A DNA stretch of 64,000 nt from an uncultured cyanobacterium (GTDB lineage: Bacteria > Cyanobacteriota > Cyanobacteriia > Cyanobacteriales > Nostocaceae), in assembly GCA_963740315.1 (NCBI GenBank), contig CAVUDP010000004.1, positions 32,001 to 96,000 of the forward strand, written 5' to 3'. Shown piece after piece: positions 10,634 to 20,522 of this stretch. How positions within the stretch are numbered: position 1 is the first letter of the stretch; each line of letters begins with the position of its first letter. A program made the translations under genes and the position numbers. The notes beneath the pieces were generated by a model. The model saw nothing but the letters and a program-made list of their open reading frames with translations, was not told the origin of the DNA and searched no databases.

Positions 10634-12619
10634 TTGTCCAGGTTCCATTCACCTGTTATTATGCCTGCTAAATATTTTTTCTTCTCAAATAGTTATAAAT
10701 ACTGTCAGTGGTTGAGTTTTGCTGTTTTATCGAGCATGACTTTTGTAAAACCAGTTAAAGCCGAAGAAATAAAGCCAATAGAAATATCTTCAAAATCTTA
10801 TAAAGAATCTAATACTTTAACTTCAAAAGCGATTCGGTTAAAGAGTGCTATTCAAAGAAATAGATCGCTCAATGGTAATTCAAATTTGCAAATTGTAGAC
10901 CGCTTAAGTGCAAAGAAACCTTTAGATACAGATATCTTATTCAAATATCCAGACACTGTTTCCCAAACACCACTTCGTCAATCTTCTCCTCAAGATACCA
11001 CCAAACCCCCATCAGAGCGGCAGCTTCGGGAACCGAATATACCGACTTTACCACCACCAGAAGACTTATTAGAACCAAACGGTACGTTTACTACACCAGA
11101 TGTACCGGGAAAACTGCGTCAAACGATTACTGTAGACAAGTTTGAAATTAAAGGTAATACGGTTTTCAAACAGCAAAAATTTGATGAAATTACCAAACCT
11201 TATACTAATCGTCAGATAACATTCGCCGAACTTTTACAACTGCGATCGCAACTTACAAAACTGTACCTTGATGCAGGATATATAACTAGTGGCGCTTTTA
11301 TTCCAACCCAAAAATTTCAAGACGGTACGGTTGAAATTGAAATTATAGAAGGTGGATTAGAAGACATTAAAGTCAGTGGAAACCGCAAGTTAAATTCTAG
11401 ATATATTCGTTCTCGTATAGCTCCGGGTGCGAGGAAGCCTCTCAACCGCGAAAAGCTACTTGAATCATTGCAGTTATTACAGCTAAACCCTTTAATAGAC
11501 AAGCTTTCAGCCGAACTTTCTGCTGGAACTCGCCCTGGAGAAAGTCTTTTAGAAATCAGCATTAACGAAACCCAAACTTTTAACACGCAACTGAGTTTAG
11601 ATAACGGGCGATCGCCAGCAGTCGGAAGTTTTCGCCGTCAAATTCAAGTCAGCGAAGCAAACTTGTTAGGCTTGGGTGATGGTATAAGCGCGGGTTACAG
11701 TAATACCGACGGTAGCAACGCTTTTGATGTCAATTATACTTTGCCAGTAAATCCCCGCAATGGTACTTTAGCGTTTAGCTACGGTATTTCTGATAGCGAT
11801 GTAATTGAAAGTCCGTTTAATGTCCTTGATATTCAATCAAAATCTCGTTATTACGAACTATCGCTACGTCAACCCATATTACAAACACCGGGTAAAGAAT
11901 TTGCTTTAGGTATAACAGCCAGTCGTCGAGAAAGCAAAGCTAGTTTATTTAACGGCGAAATTCCTTTTCCTAATTCTCCCGGTGCAGACGAAGACGGAAA
12001 AACCCGTATTAGTGCGGTGCGTTTTTTCCAAGATTGGACAAATCGTAGCAGCAGCCAGGTTTTCGCCTTACGTTCTCAGTTCAGTGTAGGGCTAGACGCT
12101 CTTGATTCCACAATTAACGATAGATCCCCCGATAGTCGCTTTTATGCTTGGAGAGGACAAGCTCAGTGGGTGCGTCTTTTAGCACCCGATACCTTGTTAT
12201 TATTACGAGGAGACGTACAGTTAGCAGACCGACCCCTAGTACCTTTAGAGCAAATTGGTATAGGTGGGCAGGAAAGTGTCAGAGGATACCGTCAAGATGC
12301 TTTACTTACAGATAACGCCGTCTTTGCATCAGCCGAAGTCAGATTTCCCATTGCTCGTTTTTCCGGAGAAAACAACCTATTACAACTCGCTCCCTTTGTA
12401 GACTTTGGTAGCGCTTGGAATCGAGGAGGTAGAGAAGATTCCAACGGTGAAGACGAAACCAATACTTTATTGTCTTTAGGATTGGGATTGCGTTTGCAAC
12501 TACAAGAACGACTTACCGCTCGCTTTGACTGGGGCATTCCTTTAATTACAGTTGAAGGAGAAAAAGACACGTTGCAAGAAAACGGTTTATATTTCTCAGT
12601 AATTTACAATCCGTTTTAA
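10634..12619 (+). CDS. ShlB/FhaC/HecB family (TpsB) outer-membrane secretion/activation protein
   Basis: POTRA-like YLDAGYITSGAFIP segment, SVRGY motif, C-terminal aromatic residue (YNPF); true start may be the ATG at 10661. Confidence 0.9.
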   Translation: MSRFHSPVIMPAKYFFFSNSYKYCQWLSFAVLSSMTFVKPVKAEEIKPIEISSKSYKESNTLTSKAIRLKSAIQRNRSLNGNSNLQIVDRLSAKKPLDTDILFKYPDTVSQTPLRQSSPQDTTKPPSERQLREPNIPTLPPPEDLLEPNGTFTTPDVPGKLRQTITVDKFEIKGNTVFKQQKFDEITKPYTNRQITFAELLQLRSQLTKLYLDAGYITSGAFIPTQKFQDGTVEIEIIEGGLEDIKVSGNRKLNSRYIRSRIAPGARKPLNREKLLESLQLLQLNPLIDKLSAELSAGTRPGESLLEISINETQTFNTQLSLDNGRSPAVGSFRRQIQVSEANLLGLGDGISAGYSNTDGSNAFDVNYTLPVNPRNGTLAFSYGISDSDVIESPFNVLDIQSKSRYYELSLRQPILQTPGKEFALGITASRRESKASLFNGEIPFPNSPGADEDGKTRISAVRFFQDWTNRSSSQVFALRSQFSVGLDALDSTINDRSPDSRFYAWRGQAQWVRLLAPDTLLLLRGDVQLADRPLVPLEQIGIGGQESVRGYRQDALLTDNAVFASAEVRFPIARFSGENNLLQLAPFVDFGSAWNRGGREDSNGEDETNTLLSLGLGLRLQLQERLTARFDWGIPLITVEGEKDTLQENGLYFSVIYNPF

Positions 12620-12775
12620 AAGTTAGAAGTTAGGAGTTAGGAATTAGGAATTAGGAGTTAAGAGTTCGGGTTTTTTAGTTTTAACCTTTAACTTTTAACC
12701 TTTAATTTATACTTTTTATGCTTAGAAGTACTGAGCATATGCTTTTGTTTTTATTTTTACTTCATAGAAAAAACT

Positions 12776-13006
12776 ATGTTAAATTTACAAAGCCATGTAA
12801 TGTGTACGGTTTTAGTTATTGCAATGACTGTTTCTTTTTTAGTAAATGGTCTTGCTGCTTTTAGTTTACTTTCGTTGAGTTTTAGAAAAGATTCTTACGA
12901 TATGTTAAATGATAGAGCTAGAATGCTTTGGATGTTACTTTTCATCTCATTTATAGGTGGAATAATTTTAGTTTTAGTATTCAATACTTCATGTAGTAGT
13001 AAATAA
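12776..13006 (+). CDS. Small two-helix membrane protein, unknown function
   Basis: 76 aa with two hydrophobic stretches and an ATG start; composition only. Confidence 0.45.
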   Translation: MLNLQSHVMCTVLVIAMTVSFLVNGLAAFSLLSLSFRKDSYDMLNDRARMLWMLLFISFIGGIILVLVFNTSCSSK

Positions 13007-13349
13007 CATTGATTTTTCTTGGATTCCAAGACAATGCATTTCAATAATTAATTAGACCTCTGGGGAATATTAAATTCAGTAATTTAGACGTTTAGATCCC
13101 GCCAACCCTCTTTAGAAAGTGGGGCTTTGCGTAAGTTCTAAAATTAATAGGGTGCGTTCTGTAATCAATAATTTTACTCTAAATTAAACGTCATTATTAG
13201 ATACAGTCAAAGTTTAATTGTCTTATATTGCCCACCTAATTGATGATTTATAAACTTGATAATTATTGACTCTATCCAGTGTTTATTCGGATAACTTTAA
13301 TACTAAAGGTAATATATAGTTGAAATTTATAAAATTATAAAAAGCACTT

Positions 13350-15257
13350 ATGACAACTGTATTTAACTCTCTTCTGGAACCATTAAATAAACTTTCGGCA
13401 ACTGAAAAGATGGTTTTAGAGAAGATGATGCAACCTGTTAGTCTTTTAGCTGGAACTTGTATATTTCAAGAAGGCTCGGTTGCGGATAGCTGCTATATCC
13501 TTGAAGAAGGTACGGTACGAATTGAAACTGCATCAGAAAATAGTTCTAATTTTGTACTTAACTATTTGCAACCAGGGGGAATGTTTGGAGAAATAAGTTT
13601 ATTAGATAAAAAGCCTCGTTCGGCTACTGCTTATGCCCAAACAAATATAACAGCTAAAAAAATTCTCACTCAAGAGTTAGAAATATTATTAGATAATTAT
13701 CCGAGAATCTTTATTCATCTATGGGAACTTTTGGGAAAAGCTGCTGCGCTGAAAGTTCGCGATTTGAATCGACTTGTAATTGAAAAAGATGAGTTGGGAA
13801 CAGATCCCCAAGTTGATGAAATATTAGATAAAGCTTTAGTAGCTCAAAAAGAAATTGAAACTTGGTCTGAAGAACGTATAGATGCTTTACTACTCGAAAT
13901 TGCTTCATCGGTTGCGGAACAAGCTGAATTATTAGCAACTGCAACAGTAAAGGCTACTCGTATTGGAGATGTTTCTGATAAAGTTACTAAAAATAAAATT
14001 GCTAGCTTGGGTATTTATCGATCGCTTGCTGGTAAATCTGGATATGGTTTTATCTCAAATTATAAAAAAAATAACGTTAGTGAAATAGCAAGTCCGATTG
14101 GGGTTATCTTTGGAATTATTCCTATAACTAACCCAGTTGCAACAGCGGTTTTTAAAACTTTAATTTCTATAAAAAGCCGTAATGCGTTAATTTTAAGTTT
14201 TCCACTTTCTACAAAAAAAATTGGCACATTAGTTTGTGAAATTATTCAAGAAGCTTTAACTCGTAAAAACGCACCTGTAGACTTGATTCAGTACTTAAAA
14301 CATCGCAACTCGCGCAAACAAACAGAAATATTAATGAAACACGATAACGTCTCTTTAATATTAGCAACAGGAGGCGCGAATATGGTGAAAGCTGCTTATA
14401 GTTCTGGAACTCCGGCAATTGGTGTAGGTCCTGGCAATACTCCTACCTTAATTTGTGCGGATGCAAATATCGTTCACGCTGCTCGCAGTATTGTTTTAAG
14501 TAAATCATTTGATAATGGAATGATTTGCGGTTCCGAACATAATTTGATTGTTGATGCACGAGTTAGGAAGAAATTTATTAAAGCATTAGAAAAAGAAGGT
14601 GCGGCAATACTTAGCCAGGAAGAGAAAAACCACTTTACTACTGTTGCTTTCGCAGCTAAATCGCATCGATTGCAAGCAAATATTATCGGTCAGTCAGCAG
14701 CTAAAATTGCTGATATGGCAGATATTCAACGCGATTATTCGATTAAATTAATTGTAGTTCCGAATGAATGTATTAGTTTAGATAATCCATATGCTTATGA
14801 GAAAATGGCACCGATACTCAGTTTATTTACAGTCCAAAATGAGCATGAAGGTATAGAGCTTTGTCAAACAATATTACAGATAGAGGGTAAAGGACATACA
14901 GCAATTATTCATGTCAGAAATAAGGCAACTGTAAGAAAATTTGGGTTAGAAATACCCGCGAGTAGAATATTAGTAAATTCGCCGGGAGTACAGGGAATTA
15001 TAGGTTTTACAAGTGGTTTATATCCTTCTTTCACGTTAGGATGCGGTACCTTTGGAGGAAATTCAACTACTGATAATGTTACTTATCATCATCTTTTGAA
15101 TTTAAAAAGAGTTGCATACTATCAAGCCCCGAACTTTTTAGATCCAAAAATATTTAGCAATCAATATCCGCAGTACTTACTTAAACTAGTTAACTTATTA
15201 AATTTTTTAAAACTAAATGCTTTAGTAACATTCATATTGCAGCGAGTTTCAATTTAG
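13350..15257 (+). CDS. cNMP-binding (Crp-type) domain fused to an acylating aldehyde dehydrogenase (AdhE/EutE ALDH domain)
   Basis: N-terminal IFQEG...FGEISLLDKKPRSATAYA cNMP signature; ALDH motifs PITNP, ATGG, GVGPGN, SFDNGMICGSE (catalytic Cys), EKMAP, TLGCGTFGGNSTTDNV. Confidence 0.88.
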   Translation: MTTVFNSLLEPLNKLSATEKMVLEKMMQPVSLLAGTCIFQEGSVADSCYILEEGTVRIETASENSSNFVLNYLQPGGMFGEISLLDKKPRSATAYAQTNITAKKILTQELEILLDNYPRIFIHLWELLGKAAALKVRDLNRLVIEKDELGTDPQVDEILDKALVAQKEIETWSEERIDALLLEIASSVAEQAELLATATVKATRIGDVSDKVTKNKIASLGIYRSLAGKSGYGFISNYKKNNVSEIASPIGVIFGIIPITNPVATAVFKTLISIKSRNALILSFPLSTKKIGTLVCEIIQEALTRKNAPVDLIQYLKHRNSRKQTEILMKHDNVSLILATGGANMVKAAYSSGTPAIGVGPGNTPTLICADANIVHAARSIVLSKSFDNGMICGSEHNLIVDARVRKKFIKALEKEGAAILSQEEKNHFTTVAFAAKSHRLQANIIGQSAAKIADMADIQRDYSIKLIVVPNECISLDNPYAYEKMAPILSLFTVQNEHEGIELCQTILQIEGKGHTAIIHVRNKATVRKFGLEIPASRILVNSPGVQGIIGFTSGLYPSFTLGCGTFGGNSTTDNVTYHHLLNLKRVAYYQAPNFLDPKIFSNQYPQYLLKLVNLLNFLKLNALVTFILQRVSI

Positions 15258-15279
15258 ATAAAAAGAACCGTACCATATT

Positions 15280-18192
15280 ATGAGCGATCCAATACGTGTT
15301 GTCTGTTTGGGTGGTGGCTATGTTGCTATGTGGTTAACCAAAGCACTACGAAATGCCATCATATGTAAAAAAGTCGAGCTTGTTGTTGTCAGTCGGGATA
15401 ATTACCATACTTATCACGGTTTTATTGCTGAAATGTTGACGGGAAAAATTCAACCCAGTCAGGTAACAAGTCCAGCCAGAAGAATTTTTGACCCCGCTTA
15501 TTTTTGTAACGCAGAAATTGAAAACATAGACGTTATTAATCAAGTTATTACTACTAGTCGTTCTTTAGATGGAAAGCAATATGAATTAACTTACGACCAT
15601 TTGGTGATTTCATTAGGTTCGGTGGATGACTTATCAAGGTATCCTGGGATTGCCGAACATGCAATGAAATTAAAATCTTTTAATGATTGTTATAAAATCC
15701 GCAATCATCTCATTCAAATGTTGGAATTAGCAGAAATTGAAACAGATCCAGAAGAGCGATCGCGTTTGCTAACATTTGTAGTTGCGGGAGGAAATTATGG
15801 TGGTATTGAAGTAGCGACTGAGTTAGCCGATCATTTTCGTCTGTTAATTAAAAAAGAATATCGGCAAATTGGACTCGAAGAAATAACCGTCGTAGTTATT
15901 CATAGCGGGGAACGGATTTTATCCGAACTAGTATTGCGGTTTCCAGAGTTAGTTAGGTATGCTGAAAATTTTCTAGATGAGGAATTTTCTAATTTAAAAA
16001 TTATTACTAATACTCGTATTTTTGCCGCTACACCAGAAGAAGCAATACTTAGTAATGGAGAACGAATTTCAACTCGGACAATTATTAGCTGTACCGGAAC
16101 CGCACAATCACCTTTATTAGACAAACTATCATTAGAACGAGACAAATATGGAAAAGTTGTTACAGATGAGTTTGTCCGAGTCAAAGGAACAAATAATGTT
16201 TGGGCTGGAGGAGATTGTGCTGCGGTTCCTTTACCAACTGGAGGTAATTGTCCACCCCTAGCTATTTATGCTTTAACTTGTGGATATCACATTGGTGAAA
16301 ATATTTTACGTTCGATTGAAAGTAGAAGATTAAAAGCTTATAAATTTACCGGGCTTGGAGATGCTGTTTCTCTGGGAAACCGTCACGCGATCGCACATTT
16401 AAAAGGTGTTCCTTTATATGGGTTTAATGCTTGGGTTGCTTGGAGAATCGCTTTGTTTATTTTTGTTCCATCGTGGGAGCGAAAGTTTCGACTTTTAATA
16501 GACTGGTCGATGTGGCCTTTTTTAGGTCGAGATATTATCAGTATGAAAGTGCAAGATAAGCAAGGTTTAAAACAAGCGTATTTTCAACCGGGACAAGTTA
16601 TTGTTAAACCAGGAGATGTTGGTCGTTGCTTGTACTTAATTCGCAGTGGTGAGGTGGAAGTTTTAGAAGAATCGAATGGAGAAATAATTATTGAAACTCT
16701 CGGTTCTGGTAAATACTTTGGTCAAGCAGCAGTCTTAGAAAATAGTTACCATACTGCAACTGTTCGCGCTAAAACAAGCGTGCAATTAGTCACGATTGAC
16801 AAAGAAGAAGCATTATTATTAAGCAGTTCTTTACTTACTTCTAACCATACCGATCGCCTATTACCGTCTAATACATTTAGTCAAGAACAGAATAATAATC
16901 AACATACGGAAATGGTATTACAAACCTCTGTGATATCTGCAATGCAACCAGCACCCAAGCAATTAGCATCAAAACCACCAGCAAGGATTGGCAGCAATCG
17001 CATATTAACAAAATCGCAACCCCGACAATCGAATAAATTTGGCTTTTTGGGTTTAGCTTTACTAATGGGTGTAATTGCTACCTTAGCTAGCGTAACTACT
17101 TATGTTCTTACCTCAAAAAAAGTCGCCAATCCCGAACCAAACGAGAATATCATCGCATCCCAAAAGCCCGAAGTAGTGGCATTAGGACGCTTAGAACCTG
17201 CCGGAAAAATTATATCTGTAGCCGGTCCTGTAGGGGAAAGAATCGGACATTTGGAAGTTGCGGAAGGAGATACAGTTAAAAAAGAGCAAATTTTAGCTTA
17301 TTTAGAAAATTATAACGAACGACTTCAAACGCGAAATTTAGCCGCAGCTAAAGTTCGTGAAATCCAGGCACAAATCAAAACCGATACATTATTGCGTCAA
17401 GTTGAAGCTGAAAAATCTCAGTCAGAAATCGAACAAGTTAATACGCCCCAACTTTTACAAATCAAATCCCAGCAAGCTTTGATTCGTAAAGCCCAAGTGG
17501 AATTAACACAAGCAATTAAAACACGCGATCGCTTTAAATATCTGTCTCAACAAGGTGCGATCGCCAAACAAGATTTTGATGATAAACAATTAATTGTCCG
17601 TCAAGCCGAAGAAAATCTCAGTCAAGCCAAAGCAACTTTAGAACAGTTAACTCAAGCTCGAAAGTCTAATATTCGCACTGCTCAAACGGCTTTTAAAGCT
17701 TCTCAAGTTAATTTAGCCAGAGTTGAGAGTCATAGCGGACTAGAATCTGCTAAAAAGAATCTTGCTTTAGCACAAGCTCAGTTAGAGCGTTCAATCATTC
17801 GTGCCCCTCAAGATGGTACGGTGTTCAACATTTTTGCTCGTACTGGGGAAGCAATTTCGCAAAAAAGCATTTTACAGCTAGGAGATACACAACAAATGTT
17901 TGCTGTTGCTGAAGTATATGAAACTGATGTGAATAAAGTCAAAATTGGTCAACAAGCAATTGTTACTAGCCCTGCTTTTGTGAAACCGATTAAAGGAACT
18001 GTCGATAAAATTGGTAATTTAGTATTTAAAAATAACATTATCGGTGACGATCCCACAGCAGATAAAGACGCACGTATCGTAGAAGTTAAAATTCGCTTAC
18101 AAGAAAGCGAACCAGTTGCTAACTTTAGTAACCTGCAAGTCGATGTCAGAATTGGATTAAACAATGTGGGAGAAATAGGTGCGAAACCGTAA
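15280..18192 (+). CDS. Fusion of an NDH-2-like FAD/NAD(P) oxidoreductase, a cNMP-binding domain, a TM helix and a DevB/HlyD membrane-fusion protein
   Basis: LGGGYV, YDHLVISLGS, LLTFVVAGGNYGGIE and WAGGDCA (NDH-2); GKYFGQAAVL...TATVRA (cNMP); VALGRLEPAG...AVAEVYETD...RIVEVKIRL (DevB). Confidence 0.85.
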   Translation: MSDPIRVVCLGGGYVAMWLTKALRNAIICKKVELVVVSRDNYHTYHGFIAEMLTGKIQPSQVTSPARRIFDPAYFCNAEIENIDVINQVITTSRSLDGKQYELTYDHLVISLGSVDDLSRYPGIAEHAMKLKSFNDCYKIRNHLIQMLELAEIETDPEERSRLLTFVVAGGNYGGIEVATELADHFRLLIKKEYRQIGLEEITVVVIHSGERILSELVLRFPELVRYAENFLDEEFSNLKIITNTRIFAATPEEAILSNGERISTRTIISCTGTAQSPLLDKLSLERDKYGKVVTDEFVRVKGTNNVWAGGDCAAVPLPTGGNCPPLAIYALTCGYHIGENILRSIESRRLKAYKFTGLGDAVSLGNRHAIAHLKGVPLYGFNAWVAWRIALFIFVPSWERKFRLLIDWSMWPFLGRDIISMKVQDKQGLKQAYFQPGQVIVKPGDVGRCLYLIRSGEVEVLEESNGEIIIETLGSGKYFGQAAVLENSYHTATVRAKTSVQLVTIDKEEALLLSSSLLTSNHTDRLLPSNTFSQEQNNNQHTEMVLQTSVISAMQPAPKQLASKPPARIGSNRILTKSQPRQSNKFGFLGLALLMGVIATLASVTTYVLTSKKVANPEPNENIIASQKPEVVALGRLEPAGKIISVAGPVGERIGHLEVAEGDTVKKEQILAYLENYNERLQTRNLAAAKVREIQAQIKTDTLLRQVEAEKSQSEIEQVNTPQLLQIKSQQALIRKAQVELTQAIKTRDRFKYLSQQGAIAKQDFDDKQLIVRQAEENLSQAKATLEQLTQARKSNIRTAQTAFKASQVNLARVESHSGLESAKKNLALAQAQLERSIIRAPQDGTVFNIFARTGEAISQKSILQLGDTQQMFAVAEVYETDVNKVKIGQQAIVTSPAFVKPIKGTVDKIGNLVFKNNIIGDDPTADKDARIVEVKIRLQESEPVANFSNLQVDVRIGLNNVGEIGAKP

Positions 18193-19333
18193 ATTTCATT
18201 GGAATGGACCTGCATTAGCATGGCTGAATTTAATTCATGCTAAAACTCGATTTTTTGTAGCACTTTCGGCAATTGGATTTGCGGTTACTCTAATTTTTAT
18301 TCAGCTAGGATTTTTGGGTGCTGTATTAAAAACAGCTACTTTTATTTACGATAATCTTAACTTTGATATTATTTTAATCTCACCCAAATCACTAGAAGCT
18401 AGCTATACATTACCATTTTCTCGGCAACGTTTATATCAAGCAGCAGCAATACCTGGCGTAGCTTCGGTTACACCTTTTTATGTTTCATTTAAACAATGGC
18501 GCAATCCAGAAACTAAATTTACACGTTCAATATTAACAATGGGTTTCAATCCTAAAGATAAAGTATTTAAAGATCCAGAAATTAATAAATATAGATTAGA
18601 ACTACAAAGTCAAGACAAACTATTAATGAACCGCTTTTCTAGACCTGAATTTGGTTCGAGGGAAGTCGGTTTAAAGACCGAACTCGGAGGTCGAAACATT
18701 GAAGTAATTGGATTTTTCTCGATGACAAATAGTTTGCGAGCAGATGGAACTGTAGTCATGAGCGACCAAAACTTTATTCGTCTTTATAATGGTCGTTCGT
18801 TTGATGATATCAGTTTAGGATTAATAAATATAAAAGATAATGTTGCCCTTACTAAAGTAATTAAAAACTTACGTCAAGCATTACCAAAAGATGTAGAAGT
18901 TTTAAGCCGCGAACAAGCTGGAGAAAGAGATAAAAATTATTGGCTGACATCAACTTCCATCGGCATAATTTTTGGTACGGGAGCAATTATGGCTTTTATT
19001 GTCGGAACTGTAATTGTTTATCAAGTCCTTTATACCGATATTACAGAACATCTTAATGAGTATGCCACATTAAAAGCGATCGGATACAGTAACTTCAAAT
19101 TATCCCAAGTAATTCTACAAGAAGCAGTAATTCTGGCTTTTATCGGATTTTTTCCGGCTTTTTTAATTACTTTAGGTTTATACGCTTTAACTCGTTCGGC
19201 TACAGGTTTACCAATGGCAATGAGTTATGGACGCGCTAGCTTTGTTTTTCTATTAACTAATGTTATGTGTTCTGTTTCTGGATTATTATCTTTACGCAAA
19301 GTTTTAACAACCGATCCTGCTGATGTTTTCTAA
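18179..19333 (+). CDS. devC: DevC-family ABC exporter permease
   Basis: LAWLNL, FIQLGF, VYQVLYTDI..HLNEYATLKAIGY, ends DPADVF. Confidence 0.9.
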   Translation: MRNRKFHWNGPALAWLNLIHAKTRFFVALSAIGFAVTLIFIQLGFLGAVLKTATFIYDNLNFDIILISPKSLEASYTLPFSRQRLYQAAAIPGVASVTPFYVSFKQWRNPETKFTRSILTMGFNPKDKVFKDPEINKYRLELQSQDKLLMNRFSRPEFGSREVGLKTELGGRNIEVIGFFSMTNSLRADGTVVMSDQNFIRLYNGRSFDDISLGLINIKDNVALTKVIKNLRQALPKDVEVLSREQAGERDKNYWLTSTSIGIIFGTGAIMAFIVGTVIVYQVLYTDITEHLNEYATLKAIGYSNFKLSQVILQEAVILAFIGFFPAFLITLGLYALTRSATGLPMAMSYGRASFVFLLTNVMCSVSGLLSLRKVLTTDPADVF

Positions 19334-19335
19334 AT

Positions 19336-20508
19336 ATGTTCTTCTTTAAATTTTCTCTAGCTTGGATTAACTTAGTTCATCATAAACAACGCTTTCTTAC
19401 AGCATTAGGTGCGGTAGTTTTTGCTGTTGTGCTGATGTTTATCCAATTGGGATTTCGGAATGCAATGCTTCAAAGTAGCGTCGAGTTTATTAATCGCTTG
19501 GATGCGGATTTGATTTTAACTAGCCGTCATCGATACGTAAGCTTTTACGACTATACTTTTAAAAAAAATCGATTATATCAAGTCCAAGGATTTGCAGGTG
19601 TAAAAACAGTTTCACCGCTGTATTTAGCTATAGGAATTTGGAAAAATAAAGCAGGAGTACGTCAACGCCCGATTAGAATTTTTGGATATAACTTAGAATA
19701 TCAAACTTTTTTAATTCCCGATATATCTAAATATAATAATGGTTTACAGTTTCCCGATACTACGATCGCAGATCGAAAATCTCGGAAAAGCTTTGGCAAG
19801 ATGACACCGGGTGTGGAGGTAGAATTGCTCGATAGAAAGGTGAAAATTATCGGTAACTTTGAGTTAGGAACTGATTTCGTAGCTGATGGAAACTTAATTA
19901 CCAGCGATCGGAATTTTTTAAGAATATTTTACGGTAAACCTTACGGGGATTTTGGTAATATTCGCACTTCTTTAGACGATGTTGATTTTGGATTAATTAA
20001 GCTCAAATCGCCCCAAGTTGATGTCACAACTTTGGTAGAAACCTTAAATAAATCTTTGCCTCCAGATGTCGTAGTGATGACCAAAAAAGACTTTATGAAC
20101 CAAGATGTTAAATATTTTGATAAGTCTACTCCCATCGGTTTTATGTTTGGTTTAGGAACAGTAATAGGCTTTTTTGTCGGCATTATTGTTGTTTATAACA
20201 TTATTTATACAGATATTAATAATAATTTACCTCAATACGGCACTCTCAGAGCCATCGGATATCCTAATTCATATTTATTTATCATTATCATATTGCAATC
20301 AACAATCTTAGCAGTAATTGGTTTTTTCCCAGGCTTATTTACAAGCATATTAATTTATCAAGTCATGGCAAAAGCCACTGGTTTATTAGTGGAAATGAGC
20401 GTTAACGTTGCCATATTGGTAGCAGTACTGACTATTTTTATGTGCATATTCGCAGGATTAATCGGTGCAAAAAAAATTCAAGGACTAGATCCAGCAGAAG
20501 TATATTAA
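19336..20508 (+). CDS. devC: Second DevC-family ABC exporter permease
   Basis: LAWINL, LMFIQLGF, YGTLRAIGY, ends DPAEVY. Confidence 0.9.
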   Translation: MFFFKFSLAWINLVHHKQRFLTALGAVVFAVVLMFIQLGFRNAMLQSSVEFINRLDADLILTSRHRYVSFYDYTFKKNRLYQVQGFAGVKTVSPLYLAIGIWKNKAGVRQRPIRIFGYNLEYQTFLIPDISKYNNGLQFPDTTIADRKSRKSFGKMTPGVEVELLDRKVKIIGNFELGTDFVADGNLITSDRNFLRIFYGKPYGDFGNIRTSLDDVDFGLIKLKSPQVDVTTLVETLNKSLPPDVVVMTKKDFMNQDVKYFDKSTPIGFMFGLGTVIGFFVGIIVVYNIIYTDINNNLPQYGTLRAIGYPNSYLFIIIILQSTILAVIGFFPGLFTSILIYQVMAKATGLLVEMSVNVAILVAVLTIFMCIFAGLIGAKKIQGLDPAEVY

Positions 20509-20522
20509 TAAAAATAATTAAC

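Noticed and set aside
20442..20522. N-terminal extension of DevA
   Set aside because: It overlaps the devC 3' end; family-like sequence begins at MEPVI (20523).
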